Shown here piece after piece: positions 8,774 through 17,764 of a DNA stretch of 64,000 nt. The DNA is from Promethearchaeia archaeon. GTDB taxonomy: Archaea; Asgardarchaeota; Lokiarchaeia; Sigyniarchaeales; SOKP01. The translations under genes were made by a program, and so were the position numbers. Position 1 is the stretch's first letter; the number at the start of each line of letters is the position of its first letter. The notes beneath the pieces are model-generated. The model ran no database searches and was not told where the DNA came from. It worked only from the letters and a program-made list of their open reading frames with translations. Where the stretch lies: the NCBI GenBank assembly GCA_029856125.1, contig JAHQWJ010000107.1, positions 69,038-133,037 on the forward strand. The letters run 5' to 3'.

Positions 8774-11752
8774 TTAATGAGTGTGAAATTCCGTTCTACT
8801 AATTAGTTCAAGTTGGAGTTCTTTATTTAAATCGACAAAATAGGCGTTATATCCCGAAATTCTGACCATTAACCATTGATAATTTTCAGGTTGAACCATT
8901 GCATCCTTTAAAGTATCGGATGATACGACATTGAATTGCATCTGCATACCACCTAAATCAAAGTAGCTCTGAGTATATCCTCGAAAGTAGTTGATTGTTT
9001 CTTCATGAGTATCTTTAGGATCGGGTACTAATTTAACGTTAAAAGCAAGATTATTGGGCATTTTTTCGCTGTCCAATGCAGCCACCGCTCTTATATTCTC
9101 AATTAAAACATCTCTATCACTTGGAACAGGGGTCAACCCTGGCGTGAACGGTTTATAGGCTTTTCTCCCATTCGGTAAAGCTCCAGAAACATTGCCGAAA
9201 GCAACGTGATTGCTCATACTCCAAAATCCTACTAGATATTTACCCCCACGATAATTATCAAACGAATAAAAATCGTCATACACGTAATCTATAATCTCTT
9301 GGCCTAATTGAATCGTTTGTGAGTCATCAGTTCCAAACTTTGGTATTGATTTTATTCTTTTTAACAATAATTCCCCTTCTGGAGATGAAAAATTATTTTT
9401 TACATGATCATTAAAAACACTAAAATCAATTTCTTTTTTATCGTATACCAATGTTTTAACAACATTCAATGTATCAATAATATCAGCAAGTCCAATCATT
9501 GCTACACCTGAAGTGTTGTAAATTGCACCTCCATCCACTAAATCAATCCCTTTATCCATTGGTCCATCAAATAACGAACTTAATAAAGGTGATGGATGTA
9601 AAGTTTGATGTGCTCTTCCTAAAAGATTATTATATTCTACGCTTTTTTCAATCATAAAGTGAAGTTGTTGTTTGAAAGCGTTCAGAAAATCATTATTGTT
9701 TTTAAAATCACCAACTTCACCAGTATTTGGGCCAAATCTCTTATGATTACTAACAACAGGATGAAACCCATTATTGAGTGTCATTTCCATAGCAGCAATT
9801 GTATTAAACATCATGCAATTGGTATGACCAAAATGTTTTCCACAAATAGTTGGCTCAACACAGCCAGTTGCTGCCCATGTCCTTGCATCTTCCAGTTTTA
9901 TTCCAACTTTTGTCAGAGCATTAATCATTTGGATATCGTTATGAATTGAAGGCGTGGCATATGTATTTATATTAACCTCAAGGATTCGATCCAAATATTC
10001 TTTTGAATTCACTCCCGGATAGTAACGAGCATTTAAATTTGGATCTCTCAAGGTTAGCATTTCTGTTACTTTTAAAATTATAAATGTCATATCACAAACT
10101 GCAGATTTACCATCTTTATCAACACCGCCAACTGTCAGAGCAAAATCTTGGCTACTCCCCCCGAATAGATAATTTCCAACATCTGGAACTAAAGGAGCTT
10201 GATCTGAAACACGGAGAAAGAAACATCCCATTAATTCTATTGCTTTCTTAATATACTCTTCTTTCTGCTTATCTGATGTGATTTTTTCCATATCACTTTC
10301 AAAATATGGTTGTAACCAATGATCTAAACGACCAAGTGACAATCCCATATGAGCATTCTCTTGAGTTAGTGCAATCCACATTATCCAAATTGAGATGATT
10401 GCTTCTTCAAGGGTTTTAGGGGCTTCAGCAGGTACTTTCAACAATAGTTGTCCTAAGTGAAGTAATTCCTGTTTTCTCATCTTCAGCATTTCTGAAGCAT
10501 TTTGTTCATCGATTGTATCTGCTTTATGTGCTGCTTCATTTGCTAAATTTGCTGTATAATTTAAAACACCAGTTAACGCTAATTGGATTCCTTTATAGAA
10601 ATCTTCTTTTTTTGAATCAGTTGTTTCTTTTTCTTTAGAGGCAGCTTCATTCAATAACTTATTTATACCAGTTTTTAAAAAATCGGGAAATCCAGGGATG
10701 GTGTGGGAAATAGCTTGAGTTTTCCACATGAAATAAAATACAAAATGTTCATCCATTTGTTGAGATAAGGGATTACCATTTTTTGTTCTAACATATTCTC
10801 TAATATTTCTATCCATCCAAAAAGGAAAAACCTCATCATCTAAAATATCAATAGCTTCTTGATCTATTAGATGGGGATTTAATTCGCGATTATCAATCGA
10901 ATAAAGTTCCGGCCAGAAAATCATTGCCCCAAATTCTGGATATATCATTGTACCTAATCTTTTTGTGGTTGAAGTACCTGGTAAATAATCCCACTCTTGA
11001 ATTATAGGCATCTTATGAGAAAGAAGATAGTTGACTATTTTCCCCATTTTTAAGCCAGGATGATCATTATTCCCATCTTCTGGCGTATAGCCTTCTCTTT
11101 TACAAATTTCGGTAATTAATTTAGATCTTTCTGGGCAAACTTCAAGATTAGAAACTGAACGTATATATTTCAAATAGTTTAATCTTTTAAAATCCTTTAA
11201 CTGATATTTTCCCAAGTAAAGATCTTCTAAGTATTTCACATTATCAGTTTTATAATTAAGTATAGTATTCTTCATATGTTCTGTTCCGGACGAGAAATCT
11301 TCAAATTGTACAAATGGAATAGTCTCTTCTTTTTGGATATTCTGAATTCGTTGATCGTAAGCGTCTTTATGTTTTAACAAAACATATGTCATTAAAAAGA
11401 AGAATTTAGTCATTTGACTCATGTTTCCAATCGTATGTAGTTTATTTTTCAAAAGCATATTAACAATTTCTTCAGGTTTACTTCGAGGGAGTTTCCCCAA
11501 ATCTTTTACTTTTTTATATTTTAAGGTGAGGGTTGGGTTTTCGATAGTATCTTTAATAACTTCGATATTTCCATTATTAAAAATTATTGAGACGCTTTGA
11601 TTCTCATCTTCTTCAGCTGTAAAAAGTAATCTTGCGTTAAAAACAAAATTAGTTGCTTGGTTATAAATTTCTTTTTTATATTCTGGATTATCATCAATCA
11701 TCTGTTTAAGTAAACTAAAAACATTTGCAATTTTGCTTCTTACTTTCGCCAT
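8774..11752 (-). CDS. Glycyl radical enzyme (eliminase-type GCVE loop) with N-terminal SCP2-like domain
   Basis: Gly loop VRISGYN, Cys loop ATGCVEP, SLGRLD, GGMQMQFNV; first ~125 aa follow the SCP2 pattern (PTLTLKY...NMLLKNKLHTIGNMSQMTKF). Confidence 0.88.
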   Translation of the reverse strand: MAKVRSKIANVFSLLKQMIDDNPEYKKEIYNQATNFVFNARLLFTAEEDENQSVSIIFNNGNIEVIKDTIENPTLTLKYKKVKDLGKLPRSKPEEIVNMLLKNKLHTIGNMSQMTKFFFLMTYVLLKHKDAYDQRIQNIQKEETIPFVQFEDFSSGTEHMKNTILNYKTDNVKYLEDLYLGKYQLKDFKRLNYLKYIRSVSNLEVCPERSKLITEICKREGYTPEDGNNDHPGLKMGKIVNYLLSHKMPIIQEWDYLPGTSTTKRLGTMIYPEFGAMIFWPELYSIDNRELNPHLIDQEAIDILDDEVFPFWMDRNIREYVRTKNGNPLSQQMDEHFVFYFMWKTQAISHTIPGFPDFLKTGINKLLNEAASKEKETTDSKKEDFYKGIQLALTGVLNYTANLANEAAHKADTIDEQNASEMLKMRKQELLHLGQLLLKVPAEAPKTLEEAIISIWIMWIALTQENAHMGLSLGRLDHWLQPYFESDMEKITSDKQKEEYIKKAIELMGCFFLRVSDQAPLVPDVGNYLFGGSSQDFALTVGGVDKDGKSAVCDMTFIILKVTEMLTLRDPNLNARYYPGVNSKEYLDRILEVNINTYATPSIHNDIQMINALTKVGIKLEDARTWAATGCVEPTICGKHFGHTNCMMFNTIAAMEMTLNNGFHPVVSNHKRFGPNTGEVGDFKNNNDFLNAFKQQLHFMIEKSVEYNNLLGRAHQTLHPSPLLSSLFDGPMDKGIDLVDGGAIYNTSGVAMIGLADIIDTLNVVKTLVYDKKEIDFSVFNDHVKNNFSSPEGELLLKRIKSIPKFGTDDSQTIQLGQEIIDYVYDDFYSFDNYRGGKYLVGFWSMSNHVAFGNVSGALPNGRKAYKPFTPGLTPVPSDRDVLIENIRAVAALDSEKMPNNLAFNVKLVPDPKDTHEETINYFRGYTQSYFDLGGMQMQFNVVSSDTLKDAMVQPENYQWLMVRISGYNAYFVDLNKELQLELISRTEFHTH

Positions 11753-12002
11753 GTAATTTTACACTTAATTTTTTTATATTTATTTTTATATAAATTTTTT
11801 AATCTAATAAAATTGATCAAGAAATTAAAGTTTCGCTCTCTCTTAATTCTATGTAAGATATGTTAATCTTTCTTCTAATTTATTGCATTAGTTATACCCA
11901 CACATTTCCCAATATTATCTAACAGTAACATAAAAACTCTTTATTCAAAAAATAATATATATTTACTTTCATACTAATAAATAAAACCAATAGTGAAATT
12001 TT

Positions 12003-13262
12003 ATGCCAAATTCAAAAGATTATATGGAAATGGATGACAAATACTGCGCTCATAACTATCATCCTATTCCCGTTGTTATTTCAAAGGCAGAAGGAGTATG
12101 GGTTTACGATCCGGAAGGAAAAAAATATTTAGATTGTTTATCTGCCTATTCCTCTCAAAACGCGGGCCATTGCCATCCCGAAATTGTAAAAGCTTTAAAA
12201 GAGCAAGCCGATAAAGTCACTTTAACATCTCGTGCTTTTTATAACGATGTGATGGGCCCTTTTTTAAAAAAGCTATGCGAAGTTGTAGGACCGCATATCA
12301 ACGATCCAAAAAATTCCGGAATCATGGCACTACCTATGAACACTGGAACTGAAGCAGTGTCTACTGGTCTGAAAGTTGCTAGAGCTTGGGGTTATATTAA
12401 AAAGAAAATTCCTAAAAACGAAGCCAAAATTATAATCTGCAGAGACAACTTTCATGGGAGATCAATCACTATTGCGGGTTTTAGTACAGATATTGAGGCT
12501 GTAAGATACTACGGTAACTTTGGTCCTTACACTCCCGGTTTTGTTACGATCCCTTATGGGGATGCTGATGAATTAGAAAATAGCATTTTAGAAATCGGTG
12601 CTGAAACCGTAGCTGCGTTTCTATTCGAACCTATTCAAGGAGAAGCTGGAGTTAAAGTACCTCCAGAAGGTTTCATTAGAAAAGTTAGAGAAATATGCAC
12701 AAAATACAATGTTCTAATGATCGCTGATGAGATTCAAACAGGTTTCGGAAGAACAGGAGAATTATTTGCTTGTGATCACGAAAATGTGAAACCTGACGCT
12801 ATTTTACTTGGAAAAGCGTTAGGTGGAGGCGTTTATCCCGTTTCTGCCGTAGTTACTACACGAGATATTATTGGTCCGGATGTAATAAAACCTGGAACTC
12901 ACGGAAGCACATTTGGTGGAAACCCTTTAGCATCAGCTGTCGCTTTAAAATCTTTAGAAGTTCATATTGACGATCATTTAGCACAACGGTCCAAAGAATT
13001 TGGAACCTATTTCTTAAACGGTCTTAGTAATATAGCAGAAAAGAAGACTATAGTGCCGATAAAAGAAGTTAGAGGTAAAGGATTGTTGATGGCGATCGAG
13101 TTTGAATCAGATGCTAGACACATAGTAGAATTATTTAAAGATAACGGTGTGTTAGCTAAACATACTCATTCTACTACGATTCGTTTTGCCCCACCGTTAA
13201 TTATAACTAAGGATCAAATCGATTGGGCTCTTAAAATTATCGAAGACGTTTTAGTTATTTAA
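12003..13262 (+). CDS. rocD: Ornithine--oxo-acid aminotransferase (class III PLP)
   Basis: AHNYHPIP, LSAYSS, FHGRS, EPIQGEAGV, DEIQTGFGRTG, GKALGGG, HGSTFGGNP. Confidence 0.9.
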   Translation: MPNSKDYMEMDDKYCAHNYHPIPVVISKAEGVWVYDPEGKKYLDCLSAYSSQNAGHCHPEIVKALKEQADKVTLTSRAFYNDVMGPFLKKLCEVVGPHINDPKNSGIMALPMNTGTEAVSTGLKVARAWGYIKKKIPKNEAKIIICRDNFHGRSITIAGFSTDIEAVRYYGNFGPYTPGFVTIPYGDADELENSILEIGAETVAAFLFEPIQGEAGVKVPPEGFIRKVREICTKYNVLMIADEIQTGFGRTGELFACDHENVKPDAILLGKALGGGVYPVSAVVTTRDIIGPDVIKPGTHGSTFGGNPLASAVALKSLEVHIDDHLAQRSKEFGTYFLNGLSNIAEKKTIVPIKEVRGKGLLMAIEFESDARHIVELFKDNGVLAKHTHSTTIRFAPPLIITKDQIDWALKIIEDVLVI

Positions 13263-13301
13263 TGAATTCGGCTTTCTCATATCTCTTTTTTCCAGTTAGC
13301 A

Positions 13302-14489
13302 TTAAATAATTAAAAACACACCGTATAAACCAAGCAATAGTATAAAAGATATGAAAATCGGTTTGCCTAAGACTTTTGCAACTTTTATAAAATCTGTTTT
13401 AAAATATTCTGTACTATAGGCAACGCAAGGATGAAGCGGAGTAATTAGATATCCTAAAAAAATTGAAGTGTAAATAAAGATGAAATCAAGCAATGGCATG
13501 ATTGGAACTGTAAATTGTGCTAAATAAATGGGGAGTAAAATTGAAATGGGTAATTGGATACGTCCCGTTCCGAACCCAAGAAGAAAGCCGATTAATATAA
13601 GAAGAAAAACTGATAAATCTACGCTAGCAATTTCCTCAGGAGCACCAGAAAGAACAAACACCTCTAAAAATATAAACATCGAAAAAATAATTAATGGAAA
13701 ACGCCAAATTTTCATCTTTTTTGAAATGGGTTTTACACTTGAAACTTTCATTTTCCCAAATTTTAGCGCCAGCCAAATACTAATAATGAGACCAAGAAGA
13801 AGGAATAATTCTGGAACAAAGAAATTAAAAAATGTCCTTCCAACAAAATCGAAAACTGGGGCAATAAGAATTGGTAATAAATTGAGAAACGCTCGTTTAA
13901 GATCCCTTTCTCCTTGTTCTGTATAAGGAGACACATTCCTAACCAGCATAATGTATCCTATTACCCACATTACAATTAAACCAGGTAATAGCCCAAGAAC
14001 AAGTATATAGAGGTTTATGTTAGTGATTTTACTGGCTATGATCAAAGCAGAAGATATTGGATAAATCATAATCAACATATGTCTATACCATACATTGATT
14101 GAGACCTTGATATTCGCATCCTCTTCAGAATCTATCTGCTGTACAATAGGAGCGGACATTAATGCACCCCCGGGCACCGGTAATAATCCAAATAACGCCG
14201 GTATCATCATAAGAGAAGATTTCCTTGAAATTCGCATTTTTTGAATCATCTCCATCATTAACCCAGACTCTTCCATTATTCCTCCTAAGATAGGAATAAG
14301 TATCATAATAATGATTAAGGCTATTATCGATAGATCTGTTAACACATTGATTAAAGATTGCAAAAAATCAACTCCCGCCAAAATTGCAAAACCTAACGCT
14401 CCCAAAGTTAGTACAATCCCTAATTCATACTTAGAAAGTGCCATAACTATACCAATTATTATGATAAAACTTAACCAGGCGGGTAACAT
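13302..14489 (-). CDS. DUF401-like (ion-transporter superfamily) membrane protein
   Basis: Polytopic; PALFGLLPVPGGALMSAP, NVWYRH, GYLITPLHPC motifs. Confidence 0.75.
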   Translation of the reverse strand: MLPAWLSFIIIIGIVMALSKYELGIVLTLGALGFAILAGVDFLQSLINVLTDLSIIALIIIMILIPILGGIMEESGLMMEMIQKMRISRKSSLMMIPALFGLLPVPGGALMSAPIVQQIDSEEDANIKVSINVWYRHMLIMIYPISSALIIASKITNINLYILVLGLLPGLIVMWVIGYIMLVRNVSPYTEQGERDLKRAFLNLLPILIAPVFDFVGRTFFNFFVPELFLLLGLIISIWLALKFGKMKVSSVKPISKKMKIWRFPLIIFSMFIFLEVFVLSGAPEEIASVDLSVFLLILIGFLLGFGTGRIQLPISILLPIYLAQFTVPIMPLLDFIFIYTSIFLGYLITPLHPCVAYSTEYFKTDFIKVAKVLGKPIFISFILLLGLYGVFLII

Positions 14490-14584
14490 ATCTTTGAACG
14501 TGAGTGATTTTGATAATTCTACAATTCTATTCTTAGAAAAATAAAGGAATCAATATTTATTTTCTTATAATAAAACGTAAGAAT

Positions 14585-15499
14585 TTAACTAGTTTCAATA
14601 TAAAAATGCGTTCCTGCTTTACCCTCTAATGCATCTTTTATTTTTTCAATTGATGTAATAATCGCTCGCTCGCCACCAGATTCCAAGAAGTTAATAACTG
14701 CTTGAATTTTAGGACCCATACTTCCGGGAGGAAAATGACCTTGCTTTAAATAATTTTTAGCATCCAAGGTTGATACCTTATCCAGATATTTATAATCAAC
14801 TCTTCCAAAGTTTAAAGCGACTCTTTCTACATCTGTAGCAATTATTAGGATATCTGCACTTATCTGTTCTCCTAATTTTGCACTGGCTAAATCTTTGTCT
14901 ATTACAGCTTCAACCCCTTGAAAACGAGTCCCTTCTTTAATTACGGGAACTCCACCACCACCACATGATATAACGATAAAATTCTCCTGCATTAACTTCT
15001 TAATTTCTCGAGATTGTACTATCCTTATTGGTTTTGGTGATGGGACCACGCGTCTCCATCCTTTTGAAGTTTTCACATATCCTGGACGCTTTCTTTTGTA
15101 TGCCGGCCCAATTGGTTTTGTAGGGTGAGTAAACGCTTTATCGTTAGGGTCAACTTCAACATAAGTTAAAACTGTTAAGAAAAATTTTTCCAGATCAGTA
15201 CCAAGTCGCATTAATTCTTCATCGAGGGTAGATTCAATTAAAAAACCTATTTGTCCTTGAGTTTCAGCAACTAATATCTGCAAAGGCATTCTTGTAATCT
15301 CATCCGACGCTTCTTGTTGTAGAAGTAGTGCGCCTACTTGAGGGCCATTACCATGAGTAATAATAATGTTGTATTTTTCTGACAATTTAGCAATCTGCTT
15401 TATAGGTGCTTGTAAGTTATTAATCATCTGTTCGGGCGTTCCTCTTTCTCCCGGTTTTATGAGAGCATTTCCTCCAAGTGCAACAATTAGCGTTTTCAT
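14585..15499 (-). CDS. arcC: Carbamate kinase
   Basis: ALGGNAL, THGNGPQVG, PTKPIG, WRRVVPSP, EAVIDKD, GSMGPK. Confidence 0.95.
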   Translation of the reverse strand: MKTLIVALGGNALIKPGERGTPEQMINNLQAPIKQIAKLSEKYNIIITHGNGPQVGALLLQQEASDEITRMPLQILVAETQGQIGFLIESTLDEELMRLGTDLEKFFLTVLTYVEVDPNDKAFTHPTKPIGPAYKRKRPGYVKTSKGWRRVVPSPKPIRIVQSREIKKLMQENFIVISCGGGGVPVIKEGTRFQGVEAVIDKDLASAKLGEQISADILIIATDVERVALNFGRVDYKYLDKVSTLDAKNYLKQGHFPPGSMGPKIQAVINFLESGGERAIITSIEKIKDALEGKAGTHFYIETS

Positions 15500-15622
15500 T
15501 AAAGAGAACCTTTACAACAAACGATATAAAAGCAAATGAAAAATAATAATATTTTACTTCTTATTTAAAGCTTTTCTCTTCAATGTGGTACAATATCAAT
15601 CATCAAATGAAAAGGAAAAATT

Positions 15623-16555
15623 TTAAAATTTATCTCGTAAAAAGAGCATAATCCCTTTTTGGCCATGCAATCTGTTTTCTGCCTGATCGAATACAATCGA
15701 TTGAGGTCCATCTATAACTTCAGCAGTTTGTTCATAACCTCGTTTGGCTGGCAAGCAGTTCATAAAAATTGCGTCTGGTTTCGCAGTTTCCATTATCTGT
15801 GAGTTGACTTGGAATGGTATGAAAATTTTCCGTCGTTCTTCTTCCTTTTCAACAGGAATACCATAAGACATCCACGAGTCTGTGTATAGTACATCTGAGT
15901 CTTTCGCAGCTTTAAAGGCATCATGAATTACATTTATATGTGCACCCGTTTCTTTTGATATTTGAGAGACTTCATCAAGTACTTCTTGTTCAGGTGTATA
16001 TTCAGATCCAACAGGGCAAGCAACATCTAAGGTCAAACCAAAAATGGCAGCAATCCGCATTAAATCGTAAGTTACATTATTATACGCGTCTCCGAAATAA
16101 CTAATTTTAAGATTATCCAATCGTCCTTTTTTCTCTTTTATAGTTAAGAAATCTCCCATCATTTGGCATGGATGCGCAAAATCGTCAAGCATGTTGATTA
16201 CCGGTACTTCCGCGTGTTGAGCTAAATCCCTAACATCTTGTCGCTTAAACACTCTTGCGGCTATCAAGTTAACGAATCTTGAGGCGGTCTTTGCAGTATC
16301 GTGAATATTTTCTTTCTTGCCAAGAGGAGAATCCTTTATTGAATAAAAAATAGCGTGACCTCCTAATTGTTGCATCCCTACTTCAAAGGAGATTCTTGTT
16401 CTTAAGGAAGGCTTTGCAAATATCATTAAAAGCGTTTCTCCTTTAAGCGTGGAATCAAAAATGTGGGGATTTTGTTTAATCTCTAAAGCTTTATTGATTA
16501 TTTTCTTGATTTCCGCCTTCGAAAGGTCAGAAATTTTTAATAAATGTCGAACCAT
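15623..16555 (-). CDS. arcB: Ornithine carbamoyltransferase (probably catabolic; SLRT/MNCLP variant)
   Basis: FAKPSLRTR, HPCQ, DSWMSYG, FMNCLP, QAENRLH; adjacent to carbamate kinase. Confidence 0.92.
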   Translation of the reverse strand: MVRHLLKISDLSKAEIKKIINKALEIKQNPHIFDSTLKGETLLMIFAKPSLRTRISFEVGMQQLGGHAIFYSIKDSPLGKKENIHDTAKTASRFVNLIAARVFKRQDVRDLAQHAEVPVINMLDDFAHPCQMMGDFLTIKEKKGRLDNLKISYFGDAYNNVTYDLMRIAAIFGLTLDVACPVGSEYTPEQEVLDEVSQISKETGAHINVIHDAFKAAKDSDVLYTDSWMSYGIPVEKEEERRKIFIPFQVNSQIMETAKPDAIFMNCLPAKRGYEQTAEVIDGPQSIVFDQAENRLHGQKGIMLFLRDKF

Positions 16556-16595
16556 TTTAACATCAATGAATTTATTAGATAATACTTTATATTTT

Positions 16596-17762
16596 TTACT
16601 TTAAATCTTCTATTTTATGGTTATCGCGACTGTAAGCAAGTTCTCTTAACATTTCTTCATCTTTTGAATTTAGTTTTTCTGTAATTTCACGACTTAGGAG
16701 TTCCCCGAGTCCAGGACCAAGCATGAAACCCTGACCACACATACCAACTGCGTTAATGTAACCTTCAATATCGTCGATTCTACCAATTATGGGGTTTCCG
16801 TCTGGAGTCATAGGATATAATCCTCTCCAGGTCCTTCTAATTTTGATGTTTTTTAAACGCGGCAGTAAATTAACCATTCTTTTTGAGATTTGTGGTAAGA
16901 ACGAGCTAGTTTCGCGACGATCAATACCGGGAATGTTAGGTTCTGGCGTAAGACAAAATATAATCTTACCCTCTTTATTTTGATAGAAATAATAATTTTT
17001 TGAGTTTCCAAACTTCTCATCTGTAGCAGGTTTAATATCAATAACCATTGTAGAAAAGAATTTTTTAACGGGTTCGGTAATCCCTGCCTCATGGCTTTCT
17101 GGAACAACAGGTAAATCAATATTTAGCATGTTACCAATATCTTTAGCGTGAGCTCCTGCTGCATTAATTATTGTTTGAGTTTTATATTCTGCTTTATTGG
17201 TTTTTACGCCTGTGATTTTTTTATTTTTTGTAGCGATATCAATTACTTCTTCGCTAAAGTTATATTCTGCTCCAAATTCCTTTGATTTACGATAAAACGC
17301 ATGAAGGGCTAATAAAGGAGATGAATTTCCATCTTCAGGGCTATATGTGCCACCTAATAAATTATCACTATTTATTCCAGGAACCAAGTCTTTAATTTTA
17401 TCTGCATTTACATAATCAATATTTAATCCAAATTCCTTTTGTTGTCGAACCGTATTTTTTAACATTTGTTCGTGTTCGTTAGTAAACGCTAGAAAACAAT
17501 AACCACCTTGTTCCCACCAAATATCGTTTCCATACAATTCTTTCCAAGAAGCAAAAATTTCTATTGATCTTTGGCATAGCCAAATCTTGCTTTTAAGTGA
17601 ATGAGTTGCTCTAATACCCCCTATTGCGTGTTTATTATCGCCCTGAGCAACTGAAGGTAAACTATCAAGAACAAGCGTTTTAAGTCCAACTTTTGCCGTA
17701 GCTAAAGCAGTTGGGACGCCGATACTTCCAGCTCCTATAATGATAACGTCGTACTCCACCAA
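16596..17762 (-). CDS. FAD-dependent amino-acid/amine dehydrogenase, L-proline dehydrogenase/sarcosine oxidase beta-like
   Basis: IIGAGSIG FAD fold, NAAGAHA, WRGLYPMTPDG, GMCGQGFMLGP. Confidence 0.8.
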   Translation of the reverse strand: MVEYDVIIIGAGSIGVPTALATAKVGLKTLVLDSLPSVAQGDNKHAIGGIRATHSLKSKIWLCQRSIEIFASWKELYGNDIWWEQGGYCFLAFTNEHEQMLKNTVRQQKEFGLNIDYVNADKIKDLVPGINSDNLLGGTYSPEDGNSSPLLALHAFYRKSKEFGAEYNFSEEVIDIATKNKKITGVKTNKAEYKTQTIINAAGAHAKDIGNMLNIDLPVVPESHEAGITEPVKKFFSTMVIDIKPATDEKFGNSKNYYFYQNKEGKIIFCLTPEPNIPGIDRRETSSFLPQISKRMVNLLPRLKNIKIRRTWRGLYPMTPDGNPIIGRIDDIEGYINAVGMCGQGFMLGPGLGELLSREITEKLNSKDEEMLRELAYSRDNHKIEDLK

Positions 17763-17764
17763 AA

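Noticed and set aside
8774-11752. Calling the GRE pyruvate formate-lyase or an alkyl/benzylsuccinate synthase
   Set aside because: Single Cys in a GCVE loop (PFL has Cys-Cys); Glu present and no small Fe-S subunits, unlike fumarate-adding enzymes.
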